Shown here: positions 52,160 to 62,733 of the stretch, piece by piece
Position numbering within the stretch: the stretch's first letter is position 1
Layout: each line of letters begins with the position of its first letter
NCBI GenBank assembly: GCA_963809485.1
Contig: CAWEJX010000020.1
Location: 1,024,001-1,088,000, forward strand
Source: an uncultured Acidobacteriota bacterium
GTDB taxonomy: Bacteria > Acidobacteriota > UBA6911
DNA length: 64,000 nucleotides
Direction of reading: 5' to 3'
The notes under the pieces: generated by a model
The model's database searches: none
What the model saw: only the letters and a program-made list of their open reading frames with translations
What the model was told of the DNA's origin: nothing
Translations under genes and position numbers: made by a program

Positions 52160-53310
52160 ATGGGTGCGCACAAGAATCCGGGACCCCGCGGGAAATCCCC
52201 GGAGCAAAGCGAAAATCAGCCTTCCCTGCAGGCTCATATCCTTGCCGAACGGGTAAAGGAACTGAACTGCCTTTACACGATATCAAAAATTTTCGACCGC
52301 AGGGGCCTCGACCTCGACAGCATTATCCGCAGGACCATTGAGGTGATCCCTGCAGCCTGGCAGCATGCGGATGTCGCCGGAGTGCGGGTCAGGCTCGATA
52401 AAAAATCCTTTCGGACAGACAGATTCAGGCAGAGCCGCTGGATGCAGGAATGCCCGATTATCGTGCAGGGAGTCCCGGTCGGGAGCATCGCCGTGAGCTA
52501 TTGCCAAAAACGGCCGGAGCAGGACGAAGGGCCCTTTTTGAAGGAGGAACGGAATCTGCTCAATGTCATCGCTCAAAGACTGGGCGATATCATTGAGCGC
52601 AAATGGTCGGAACAAAAACTGCTGCGCTATCAGGAGGAGCTCCGATCCCTGGCCACGGAACTGGCTCTGAGTGAAGAGCGGGAACGTCGACGAATCGCCC
52701 AGGCGCTGCACGACAGAATCGGGCAGGTCCTTGCGCTGATCAACATCAAAATCGGCGCCTGGCCGAGGCGCATTCCTCCCGGTCCCTGGCTCGGGAGTTG
52801 GACCACGTACGCAGCCTTGTTTCGGAGTCCATCACTGAAACCCGGTCCCTAACCTTCGACCTAAGCCCGCCCATTCTGTATGAACTCGGATTTGAAGCGG
52901 CGCTGGAGTGGCTTGCGGAACGTATCCAACAGCAGTACGGTGTGAATGTCGAAATGCGCTGCGGCGGAAAGGAATTAGCCCTCGACAACGAGTGGCGGGC
53001 GACCCTGTTCGCGGCGATCCGGGAGCTCCTGGTCAACGTCGGGAAACACGCCAAAGCACGGGCCGCTCGGGTAACGCTGAGGAAAAGCAATGGGAATATT
53101 GTCGTAACCGTCGAAGACAAGGGAATCGGGATGGATCCGATTCACCGGACGGGAGAAAAAGCCGCTGAAGGATTCGGCCTTTTCAGCATTCGGGAGCGGT
53201 TTCGTTTCATGGGCGGCCGCGTCGAATTATCTTCAAGGCGCGGAAAGGGAACTTCTGTGACGCTTATTGTGCCGGTCAAGGAACGCGAAAAGCCCGAAGA
53301 ACGGGGGTGA
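52160..53310 (+). CDS. HisKA_3 sensor histidine kinase, frameshifted near 52757
   Basis: ERVKELNCLY, EERERRRIAQALHD; second frame carries RELLVNV.KHA, DKGIG and GFGL. Confidence 0.85.
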
Positions 53311-53314
53311 AGTC

Positions 53315-53977
53315 TTGACGATTCGAATTCTGATCGCCGACGACCACAAAATCGTGTGCGACGGCCTGAAGGCCTTGCTGGAAAAGCAGCCCGAAATGGA
53401 AATTGTCGCCCAGGCGGCTAACGGAAGAGAAGCCGTGAAGCTCGCGGATGCGCACCAGCCGGATATGGTTATCATGGACGTGGCGATGCCCGACCTCAAC
53501 GGCCTCGAGGCCATGCGCCAGATTCTCTCCGCCCGTCCGCAAATCAAGGTCATCGCTCTCTCCATGCATGCCGACAGGCGCTATGTGACCGGCATGCTTT
53601 CAGCCGGGGCCTCCGGATACATCCTCAAGCATTGCGCCTTCGAGGAACTGGTGCAGGCCATTCACATCGTTCTCTCCAATCAGGTCTATTTGAGCCCGGC
53701 AATTGCGGGAATCGTCGTTCAGGAGCTTGCCCAGCCAAAGCGCGCACGGACAAGACGCTCCTCTCCGAATATCCAGGCTCTCACGTCCAGAGAGCGCGAG
53801 GTGCTGCAGCTGATCTCCGAGGGACACAGCGCCCGCGAAATCGCGCGACGGCTTCATCTGAGCGTGAAGACGATCGAAACTCATCGCAGGCAGATGATGG
53901 AAAAGCTCGAAATTCACAGCGTGGCCGATCTCACCAAGTTCGCAATTCGCGAAGGCTTGACTTCACTGGAAAAATAG
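53315..53977 (+). CDS. NarL/LuxR-family response regulator
   Basis: IADDH, MDVAMP and LTSREREVL...HLSVKTIETHR motifs. Confidence 0.95.
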   Translation: MTIRILIADDHKIVCDGLKALLEKQPEMEIVAQAANGREAVKLADAHQPDMVIMDVAMPDLNGLEAMRQILSARPQIKVIALSMHADRRYVTGMLSAGASGYILKHCAFEELVQAIHIVLSNQVYLSPAIAGIVVQELAQPKRARTRRSSPNIQALTSREREVLQLISEGHSAREIARRLHLSVKTIETHRRQMMEKLEIHSVADLTKFAIREGLTSLEK

Positions 53978-54180
53978 CCCGACTCCGCTCCTGCGACCTG
54001 CAACAGCCCAAACCCCATAGTCGATTCTTATCTGCCATCCGCTGATGTCTTAGTCCATGAGTCATCCAATGGATGACCGTATCTCATCCGAATGATGAAA
54101 AAATTTCGGTCATTCCCTTCCCGAAATTTAGTCTATTCCCGATTGCGCCTTGCGGCCTGCCGGAAGATTATTAGGAGCTC

Positions 54181-54630
54181 ATGAACCGCGGGAGGGAGCG
54201 AAGAGTGCCGCCCGATATTTTCGGCAACCTCAGCCGGGGCAACAATGTCATCGCGAAGCTGGAGGAACTCGGCTCGCTGAAAAGCCTGGACGAGCACCAG
54301 ATTGGGATGGCGCGGATTTTGAGGTTCAGGCAGAACCCGTCGCTTATTGATGCAACGCTGAAGCACACGCTGAGAATCGAGAAGGCTTCAGACATCCTGA
54401 TCGCTGAGGTGCTCAACGTGCTTGCCGCCCGGGACCTTCCGGTTTCCACGAGAGCCTTGGCTGCCGGGGCGCTCGGGCACCTAATCCACTGCCGCCCGGC
54501 GGATGCAATTTCCGATTTCGACATGGACACGGTCATCGAGTCGATGTCCTGCATATTGTCCAGGGCGGATTCCCCGGTCCTCAAGAAGGCTCTGTTCAAA
54601 GCCCTCGACCTGGCGCGAAGCCGGAAATAA
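54181..54630 (+). CDS. Hypothetical alpha-helical protein
   Basis: AGGAG RBS; 149-aa ORF. Confidence 0.6.
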   Translation: MNRGRERRVPPDIFGNLSRGNNVIAKLEELGSLKSLDEHQIGMARILRFRQNPSLIDATLKHTLRIEKASDILIAEVLNVLAARDLPVSTRALAAGALGHLIHCRPADAISDFDMDTVIESMSCILSRADSPVLKKALFKALDLARSRK

Positions 54631-54903
54631 TGCAAGCTATTTTTCGGCGTTTGTCGGCGTTATATTACACAAGCCTTCCCATGCCCCTAAGATTTGAAGA
54701 GTATGCTTACAGTGAGAGCTGAAGCCACAATCACGGAGATTTAACGCCGACCTACGCTGAAAGGACGCCGACTCACGCTGTAAAAAAATAGATTTTTTCG
54801 GCGTTTGTCAGCGTTTTGTCAGCGTATATCAGCGTTACAGAATAATGCCGTTGCCAAATGCTGCAAGTCCCCGCAAATTCCGGGATTTTGCCGCTGAACT
54901 GAT

Positions 54904-56409
54904 TTACTGGCTGCCGGATCTGATTACCGACGTAATCGCGCCGTACATGCGGCGATATGCTTCATATCCCGCATTCATCCGGGCCGCGGACGCAGGCTGC
55001 GGCGCAATGCGCCGGGACACACGCACCACGTCGCTGCAGGCGTCATCCACGGATTTCCACCTTCCTTCCCCGACCCCCGCAAGGATGGCCGCCCCATAGG
55101 CAGCGCCTTCCTCAGCCTCCACGATTTCCACCTCATGGTTGTAAACATCCGCCTGTATCTGGCGCCACAGGGCCGATCTTGCGCCCCCGCCGCCCAGGCG
55201 TATGCTGTGGACCGGGACGCCCATTTCCGAAAAGAGCGTGAACGAATCTTTGAGGCTGTAGGCCACTCCCTCGAGAATGGCGCGGATCACGTGTCCTCTT
55301 GTATGCGATGCGGTCAAACCGATCAGCGCTCCGCGGGCAAGCGGGTCCAGGTGCGGAGTGCGTTCTCCCATGAGATACGGCGCCCACAATAGCCCGTCGG
55401 AACCGGCAGGAACCGCGGAAGCTTCTTCAACCAGTCGATCGTACGGGTCCCGGCCGTCATCCGTACCGGCGCCGAAATGATCACGGAACCAGCGAAGCGA
55501 AAGCCCGGCGGCCTGGGTAACGCCCATGACGTGCCATCGTCCCGGCACAGCGTGGCAGAATGTGTGTAGACGGCCCACGGGATCAAGCGACGGCTTGCCG
55601 GTGGCCGCAAAAACTACGCCCGACGTCCCGATCGTGACGCTTACGGCGCCGGGCGCCACGATTCCCATCCCTGTCGCGCCGGCAGCCTGATCTCCGGCGC
55701 CGGCGACAACCGGCGTCCCGGTCTTAAGCCCCGATGCCGAGGCGCCGGCCGGTGACACCTGGCCGCATATTTCGGGCGATTCAAACAGTCCGGGCAGCAG
55801 GGACTCCTCGATTTCCGCCGCCTGAAGGATCTCACGGGACCACCTGCGCCCGGCAACATCCAGCAGCAGCGTCCCCGATGCATCCGCCACATCCGTGGCG
55901 CGCTCCCCGGTCAGCCGGAAGCGGACGTAATCCTTGGGGAGCATCACGGAACGGACCCGCTTCCATTGCCCGGGTTCGTGCCTGCGCACCCAGAGGAACC
56001 TGGTCAGGGTGAAATTCGGGAGCGCCGGATTGCACGTAAGCCGTATCAGGCGTTCCGCGCCCACCTTCAGCGTAAGTTCCGCACATTCCTCCGCGGTCCT
56101 CACGTCGCACCAGATAAGCGCCGGGCGCACCACCTGGTCGCCTTTATCCAGCATCACGGCGCCGTGCATCTGGCCGGAAAAACCCACGCAGGCGATGCTG
56201 CCTCCGCTCAAACCTGCGCCGGCCAGCGCCTTGCGAATCGCCAGGGAACAGGCGCGCCACCAGTCCTCCGGATTCTGCTCCGCCCATCCTATTTGCGCAG
56301 AGGCAAAAGCTTCGTGCTCCTCGGTTGCCGAAGCCGCCACACGCCCCCTCTCGTCAAGGATGAGCGCCCGCGTCCCTCCTGTCCCCACATCTATTCCCAG
56401 AAGATACAT
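54904..56409 (-). CDS. xylB: Xylulokinase
   Basis: LGIDVGT, SGQMHG, PKDY, DASGT, GDQAAG and PYLMGERTP motifs. Confidence 0.95.
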   Translation of the reverse strand: MYLLGIDVGTGGTRALILDERGRVAASATEEHEAFASAQIGWAEQNPEDWWRACSLAIRKALAGAGLSGGSIACVGFSGQMHGAVMLDKGDQVVRPALIWCDVRTAEECAELTLKVGAERLIRLTCNPALPNFTLTRFLWVRRHEPGQWKRVRSVMLPKDYVRFRLTGERATDVADASGTLLLDVAGRRWSREILQAAEIEESLLPGLFESPEICGQVSPAGASASGLKTGTPVVAGAGDQAAGATGMGIVAPGAVSVTIGTSGVVFAATGKPSLDPVGRLHTFCHAVPGRWHVMGVTQAAGLSLRWFRDHFGAGTDDGRDPYDRLVEEASAVPAGSDGLLWAPYLMGERTPHLDPLARGALIGLTASHTRGHVIRAILEGVAYSLKDSFTLFSEMGVPVHSIRLGGGGARSALWRQIQADVYNHEVEIVEAEEGAAYGAAILAGVGEGRWKSVDDACSDVVRVSRRIAPQPASAARMNAGYEAYRRMYGAITSVIRSGSQ

Positions 56410-56592
56410 GCTCCCTCCCCGCCCCAGGCATGCCTAATACAAAATATGATATAGTATTTTGCTTACATAATTTATTACGTTCAAACGTTCCACCCGCAAA
56501 AGCCAAATTGAGCTTATCGTGTACGTTAACGGGATGCTATAGTATCACCCACTTGCTGGATTGCGGCAAACGCCATCCGTACCGGAGGAGCC

Positions 56593-58935
56593 ATGAGGCC
56601 ATTGAAGGTTTTTTCGTTTATCACCATGTTCTGTTTTCTGGCGGTGTCCGTCTCATCGCAGGAAGCTCTTCCTTATCGCAATCCCAGGCTGCCTATGGAG
56701 CAACGCATCGCGGACCTGCTGTCCCGCATGACGCTCGAGGAGAAAATCGCCCAGGTAACCAGCGCGATGGAAAACCTCGCCAATGTGTCGGATCCCAAGT
56801 CTGCCCTGGTCGATGAAAAAGGCAAATTCCTTCCGGAACGCGCCGCCGTCCTGATGAAAGACGGCCTGGGGCAGTTGTCGCGCCCGAGCGGGATGCGTGG
56901 CCCGCGTGAGATGGCTGAATTTACCAATAGCATTCAGAAATGGGTCAAAGAGAACACCCGGCTCGGCATTCCGGTCCTGTTTCACGAAGAGTGCCTGCAC
57001 GGGCATGCCGCTCCCAAAGGCACCTCCTATCCCCAGGCTATCGCCCTGGCGTCAACCTGGGACCCGGAACTCGTCCAAAAGGTCTTCGACGCCACAGCCT
57101 TCGAAGTCCGCGCGCGCGGCGCGCAACAGTGCCTGACGCCGGTGCTGGACCTTGCGCGCGAGCCGCGCTGGGGCCGAACGGAAGAGACCTATGGGGAGGA
57201 TCCCTATCTTGGATCGCGGATCGGGGTTGCTGCCGTGAAGGGATTTCAGGGCAACGGTCCCTTCATCGACAAAACCCACGTGATCGCGACAGCAAAGCAT
57301 TTTGCCGTACATGGCCAGCCGGAAGGCGGCTCCAACGTGGCGCCCGGAAATTATTCGGAGCGCGTCATACGCGAATATTTCCTGAAGCCGTTTGAAGCGG
57401 TGGTCAAGGAAGGCAAAGTCCAGAGCGTCATGGCATCGTACAATGAGATCGACGGCATCCCTTCCCACAGCAACAGGTTTTTGCTGGATACCATTCTCCG
57501 GCAGGAATGGGGATTCGACGGCGTAGTCGTTTCCGACTATTTCGGGATCCGGCAGTTGCGGACAACCCATCATGTGGTGGACTCCAATGAGGAAGCCGCA
57601 AAGCTGGCCCTGGAATCGGGAGTGGATATCGAGCTTCCCTACATCGAGGCCAATCACCTGCTGGCCGATCTCGTGAAGCAGGGTAAGGTTTCGGAATCCT
57701 ACCTGGACCGTGCGGTCGCCCGCGTGCTTCAGTCCAAATTTATCACGGGCCTTTTCGACGATCCCTTCGTCAATCCCGCATACGCCGAGAAGATCACCAA
57801 CAGCACCGAACACCAGAAGCTGGCGCTCGAAGCGGCGCGCAAATCCATCATCCTTCTCAAGAACCAGGGCAACCTGCTTCCGCTCAAACGCAATAGCTAC
57901 CGCCGGATAGCCGTGATCGGCCCCAACGCGGCCGAAGTGCACCTCGGAGGATACAGCGGCATGCCGGGCCGCGGCGTGAGCATCCTGCAGGGGATCAGGG
58001 ATAAGGCGGGCAGGGACACCGAGATCCTTTACGCCGAAGGCTGCAAGATCACCGAATCTCTTCCCGACTGGAATGCCGACAAAGTCGTGCTCGGAGATCC
58101 AGAGCTGAATGCAAAACGCATTCAGGAGGCCGTAACCGTCGCCGAAAAAGCCGACCTCATCATTCTCGCGCTAGGCGGGAACGAGCAGACTTCGAGGGAA
58201 GCCTGGGCGGGCAACCACCTCGGCGACCGCGACAACCTGGATCTTCCCGGCAACCAGGACGACCTTGCGAAAGCCATGGTGGCGCTGGGCAAACCGGTAG
58301 TGGTATTCCTGCAGCACGGCAGACCGAATTCCATTAATTATGTCGCAGAGAACGTTCCGGCAATCCTGGAAGGCTGGTATTTGGGACAGGAAGGCGGGGC
58401 AGCTGTCGCCGACGTTCTTTTCGGAGATGTCAATCCCGGCGGCAAGCTGCCGGTATCGGTGCCCCGTTCCACGGGCCAGCTGCCGATTTACTATTATCAA
58501 AAGCCCTCCGCAAGGCTCCAGTACCTGGGCTCCACCTCGCAGCCGCTTTACCCCTTCGGCTGGGGTTTGAGCTACACGACCTTTAAATACGCTAACCTTA
58601 CTCTGTCGCCAGAATCGATCGGGACCGAGGGAAGGACCAAGGTGTCGGTCGACGTGACCAACACGGGATCCGTGCGCGGCGACGAGGTGGTCCAGATCTA
58701 TATTCGCGACGAAGTAAGCTCCGTAACGCGTCCGGTCAAGGAATTGAGAGGATTCCGCCGGATCACGCTCGATCCCGGCAAAGCGCAAACCGTGTCATTC
58801 ACCCTGGGGCCCGACGAGCTCTCTTTCCTCAACCGCGACATGCGGCGGGTGGTGGAGCCTGGAACGTTCAATATTATGGCCGGCGGCAATTCGGCGGAAC
58901 TGATCGAAACCACCCTGACCGTTTTGGCTAAATAA
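56593..58935 (+). CDS. GH3 beta-glucosidase/beta-xylosidase, secreted
   Basis: HEECLHG, WGRTEETYGEDP, KHF, VSDY motifs; Fn3-like C-terminus. Confidence 0.95.
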   Translation: MRPLKVFSFITMFCFLAVSVSSQEALPYRNPRLPMEQRIADLLSRMTLEEKIAQVTSAMENLANVSDPKSALVDEKGKFLPERAAVLMKDGLGQLSRPSGMRGPREMAEFTNSIQKWVKENTRLGIPVLFHEECLHGHAAPKGTSYPQAIALASTWDPELVQKVFDATAFEVRARGAQQCLTPVLDLAREPRWGRTEETYGEDPYLGSRIGVAAVKGFQGNGPFIDKTHVIATAKHFAVHGQPEGGSNVAPGNYSERVIREYFLKPFEAVVKEGKVQSVMASYNEIDGIPSHSNRFLLDTILRQEWGFDGVVVSDYFGIRQLRTTHHVVDSNEEAAKLALESGVDIELPYIEANHLLADLVKQGKVSESYLDRAVARVLQSKFITGLFDDPFVNPAYAEKITNSTEHQKLALEAARKSIILLKNQGNLLPLKRNSYRRIAVIGPNAAEVHLGGYSGMPGRGVSILQGIRDKAGRDTEILYAEGCKITESLPDWNADKVVLGDPELNAKRIQEAVTVAEKADLIILALGGNEQTSREAWAGNHLGDRDNLDLPGNQDDLAKAMVALGKPVVVFLQHGRPNSINYVAENVPAILEGWYLGQEGGAAVADVLFGDVNPGGKLPVSVPRSTGQLPIYYYQKPSARLQYLGSTSQPLYPFGWGLSYTTFKYANLTLSPESIGTEGRTKVSVDVTNTGSVRGDEVVQIYIRDEVSSVTRPVKELRGFRRITLDPGKAQTVSFTLGPDELSFLNRDMRRVVEPGTFNIMAGGNSAELIETTLTVLAK

Positions 58936-59211
58936 ACGGGTAATCACCCAGCTCTGCCGGGACTCACAGAGTTTGACAGCTCCAGGATCATTGAAGGCTG
59001 ACGGGCAATGACAAAACACTGACGAACGCCGATCCCTAAGGCGGCGGTCGGCGTTCGTCGGCGATTTTCAGCGTAGGTCAGCCTTATGGATCCTTGAGCT
59101 GTCATAATCTTTAGGTGCCCCAGCAAAATTTGATGCTGCCGATGCATTCAGTGTATTTCGTTCAAAAAAATCCATCACGTTATTGCCGGAATTCCAGCCG
59201 GAGCCGCTGCC

Positions 59212-60627
59212 ATGAAAAATGAATTGAGATTGAACGAAGACCGCCTTTTCCCATCGGATCCGGATCAGCGCTCCATTGCCCGGAGGCTCTATGCTGAGGT
59301 CGAATCTCTGCCCATAATCAGCCCGCATGGCCACACGGATCCGCAATGGTTCGCGGAGAATGAACCTTTCCGCGATCCGGCCAGCCTGCTGGTTATTCCG
59401 GACCATTACGTATACCGTATGCTTTACAGCCAGGGAGTGCCGCTCGAGTCTTTGGGCGTTCCCGCAACGGATGGCCGGGCCGTGGAGCAGGACTCGCGCA
59501 GGATCTGGCGATTGTTCGCACAGAACTGGTTTCTGTTTCGCGGCACACCCACGCAGATTTGGTTCCACCACGTGCTGCACGAAGTATTCCACATCCGGGA
59601 ACGCCTGACGCCGGAATCGGCCGACCGCATCCATGACCGGATCGCCGATTGTCTCGCCCGCCCCGAGTTTCTTCCGCGGGCTCTTTTCGAGCGATTCAAC
59701 ATAGAGGTGCTGGCGACAACCGAGTCGCCGCTGGATCCGTTACGGCACCACAATAAACTGCGAAGCTCCGGGTGGAGCGGCCGGGTAATTCCAACCTATC
59801 GTCCCGATCCCGTAACCGATCCGGAGTTTGAGGGTTTCCCCGGCAACGTTAAAAAACTCGGGGAAATCACGGGTGAAGACACCGCCACGTGGCGGGGCTA
59901 TTTGCGCGCGCTATTCGACCGCCGCCGCTTTTTTGCCTCGCTCGGAGCCACCGCGACGGATCACGGCCATCTTACGGCGGCCACGCGCGACCTGTCCCCT
60001 GATGCATGTGAGACTCTTCTGAAAAAGGCGATGCGGGGCGACATTACACCGGAGGAGGCCGAAGAGTTCCGCGGCCAGATGCTCACGGAAATGGCGCGGA
60101 TGAGCATCGAAGACGGGCTGGTGATGCAGCTTCACCCCGGAGCTTTCCGGAACCACAACATCTCCCTGTTCCGTGATTTCGGAAAAGACAAAGGCGCGGA
60201 TATTCCCATGCGCACCGATTATGTGCGCGCGCTCAAACCGCTTCTGGACCGCTTCGGAACCGACAGCCGGCTGTCGCTGATTCTCTTCACTCTCGATGAG
60301 TCGGCCTATTCCAGAGAACTTGCCCCGCTGGCCGGCCATTATCCCGCGCTCAAGCTCGGTCCCGCCTGGTGGTTTTACGACAGTCCCGAAGGTATGCGCT
60401 TCTTCCGCGAACGGACCACCGAAACCGCCGGTTTTTACAATACCGCGGGTTTCAATGACGACACCCGGGCGTTCCCCTCGATCCCGGCGCGGCATGACGC
60501 TGCAAGGCGGATGGACTGCGCCTTTCTAGCGCGCCTGGCGGCCGAGCACCGGCTCGATGAAGACGAAGCGCGGGATGTGGCAATCGATCTTGCATACCGG
60601 CTGGCAAAAAAGGCCTATAAGCTGTAA
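59212..60627 (+). CDS. uxaC: Glucuronate (uronate) isomerase
   Basis: ISPHGH, PDHY, MQLH, GPAWWF and GFNDDTRAF..IPARHD motifs. Confidence 0.96.
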   Translation: MKNELRLNEDRLFPSDPDQRSIARRLYAEVESLPIISPHGHTDPQWFAENEPFRDPASLLVIPDHYVYRMLYSQGVPLESLGVPATDGRAVEQDSRRIWRLFAQNWFLFRGTPTQIWFHHVLHEVFHIRERLTPESADRIHDRIADCLARPEFLPRALFERFNIEVLATTESPLDPLRHHNKLRSSGWSGRVIPTYRPDPVTDPEFEGFPGNVKKLGEITGEDTATWRGYLRALFDRRRFFASLGATATDHGHLTAATRDLSPDACETLLKKAMRGDITPEEAEEFRGQMLTEMARMSIEDGLVMQLHPGAFRNHNISLFRDFGKDKGADIPMRTDYVRALKPLLDRFGTDSRLSLILFTLDESAYSRELAPLAGHYPALKLGPAWWFYDSPEGMRFFRERTTETAGFYNTAGFNDDTRAFPSIPARHDAARRMDCAFLARLAAEHRLDEDEARDVAIDLAYRLAKKAYKL

Positions 60628-60713
60628 AGGCAGCCGCCAAGGCTTTTTGGCAAATAAAGCCTGTTCCGCTGCCTCAAGTGTCAGCCTTCGTCGGCTTTTG
60701 CTCACCGACCCTC

Positions 60714-61160
60714 GCCGAACAAATCGGCGTTTGTCAGCGCTTTTGTCAGCGTATCTCAGCGTTTCAAAACACGGAGCTGTCAAACCCTATGAGTCCCCCG
60801 GCAGAGCTGTGGGTTTACCAATAGAATCACCGGGAAAAACCTGGAAATTGCCAATGCGGCTAATGATCAAAAGCCTCCGCTCCGGGATTGATCTTTTTTG
60901 CACTTTCCTATTGTGTTGGCCAATCTCTGACTCGATAATCGCTGGGCGCAGTCAGGTACCTCCGGCAAAGCCGGAGGCTTGAAAGATTGGAACCGCTCAA
61001 AGCGGTTGGAGGAGTTACGCCGGTCTTGAACGCTGACTTACGCGGGCAAAAGCCGAACAAATCGGCGTTTGTCAGCGCTTTTATCAGCGTTTCTCAGCGT
61101 TTCAAAATACGGAGCCGTCAAACTCTTTGAGTCCCCCAGCAGCGCCGCGGGTTTACCAAT
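60714..61160 (+). repeat. Two 109-bp direct repeats (CAGCG-rich unit + IS200/605-like end hairpin) flanking a second IS200-like hairpin
   Basis: Copies at 60714-60822 and 61052-61160; GTACCTCCGGCAAAGCCGGAGGCTT at about 60956; related sequence at 58938-58985 (reverse) and at the window end. Confidence 0.75.
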
Positions 61161-61222
61161 GTAATTATGTTTGATGATGAGCAGTTCGGAAGAAGGGAAT
61201 CATAAGCCGAAGGAGAAACACA

Positions 61223-62556
61223 ATGGCAGCAAAACCGGAGAATTGGAAATCGCTGACGGCGGAAGAAAAAGAAAAATCAGGCTGGACGCCTGGATTCGCG
61301 GAGACGGGATCAAGTTCGAGAGTCCCGAAGCACGCGCAAGATTCATCGAACGCGCAACACGCTTCAGAGACGCCCTGGAAATGAAGAAGCTCCCGGACCG
61401 GGTGCCTATTGCGGGCCTGGGAGGCGCTTTTGTTTACCGGAGAGCCGGCATCCCTCAGAAGGCGACTATGTACGACCGGTGGGAAGAGGCGTCCAAGGCC
61501 GTGATCAGGTTCCACGAAGATTTCCAGCCCGACAGCACGGCGGCCACATTCATGATGTCCGGGGCCTCCATGGAGGTGCTCGGTCAGACCAACATGAAGT
61601 GGGCCGGATACGGCCTGCCCGACGACGTTCAGTACCAATACGTGGAACAGGAATACATGAAGGCCGAGGAATATGATCACTTCCTGCTGGATCCTTCGGA
61701 CTTTGTTTTGCGCCGTTTTCTGCCCCGGATGTACCGGTCTCTAAAAGGGCTCGAAAAGATGGCGAATTTCGGAAGCCAGGGAATCCAGATCGGCGCCCGG
61801 GTGATTTACCCCTTCCTCGACCCCGAGGTGCAGGAAGCGCTGAGCCTGATGAAGAAGGCCGCCGAATTGACGTTGCCGCCGGCGAAGATTTCGATGGAAA
61901 TGTCGAATAAAATCCTCGGGATGGGTTTCCCGCGCCTGTTCATGGGATTCGGGGCGGCTCCCTTCGACGTGGTCGGAGACACTTTGCGGGGCACACGCGG
62001 CGTCATGGTGGATCTCTACCGCTGCCCGGACAAGGTGCTCCGTGCGTGCGAAAAGGTCCTCGACCTCACGCCCGTGCCCGACATCCCGCTGGGCGAGCCG
62101 CCGCTCATCATGATGCCGCTGCACAAGGGCGACGACACGCACATCTCGCGCAAGCAGTTTGAAAAATTTTACTGGCCGACCTTCAAGCAGCTCATGCTGA
62201 ACATGATCGACGAGGGCCTGATACCTTCTCCGTTTGCAGAGGGCACCTACAACCAGCGGCTGGACTATTTGACCGAGCTTCCCAAAGCGTCGGTGTTGTG
62301 GTTCTTCGACCGCACGGACATGCACAAGGCGAAAGACGTCCTCGGCGGTCACAGTCCCATCATGGGCAACGTCCCGATCACGCTGATCGCCACCGGGGCG
62401 CCCGAACAGGTCAAGGCCTGCTGCAAGGACCTCATCGATTATTGCGGCAAGGGAGGGGGATATATTCTGTGCTCGGGAACCCAGCTCGACGACGCCAAGG
62501 AAGAGACCGTCCGGGCAATGATCGATTTCACCAGGGAATACGGAGTCTATAGGTAA
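61223..62556 (+). CDS. Uroporphyrinogen decarboxylase/MtaA-CmuA-like protein, with an apparent 1-nt deletion near 61268
   Basis: PDRVP, APFD...DTLRG, F.KFYWP, GNVP and GGGYI motifs. The RBS-linked ATG at 61223 (MAAKPENWKSLTAEE) is out of frame with the main ORF. Confidence 0.85.
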
Positions 62557-62733
62557 AATCAAACCGATTCCGGCGAATCGAGGGCTTAAGCGATCGAGCC
62601 TATCCAAGCCGCCGGAAGCGTTCGACGGGTCTTAACCGGTCCCATACGCCGGCAAAGGTCCCATGCCTGCGTCTTTTGCCGGCGTATTTCATCCTGCGCC
62701 CGATTCCGGGCGCATCCTGACATCCCCATTCCT

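Noticed and set aside
61255-61280. Programmed frameshift at the start of the UroD-family gene
   Set aside because: No in-frame slippery heptamer; a homopolymer deletion error is simpler.
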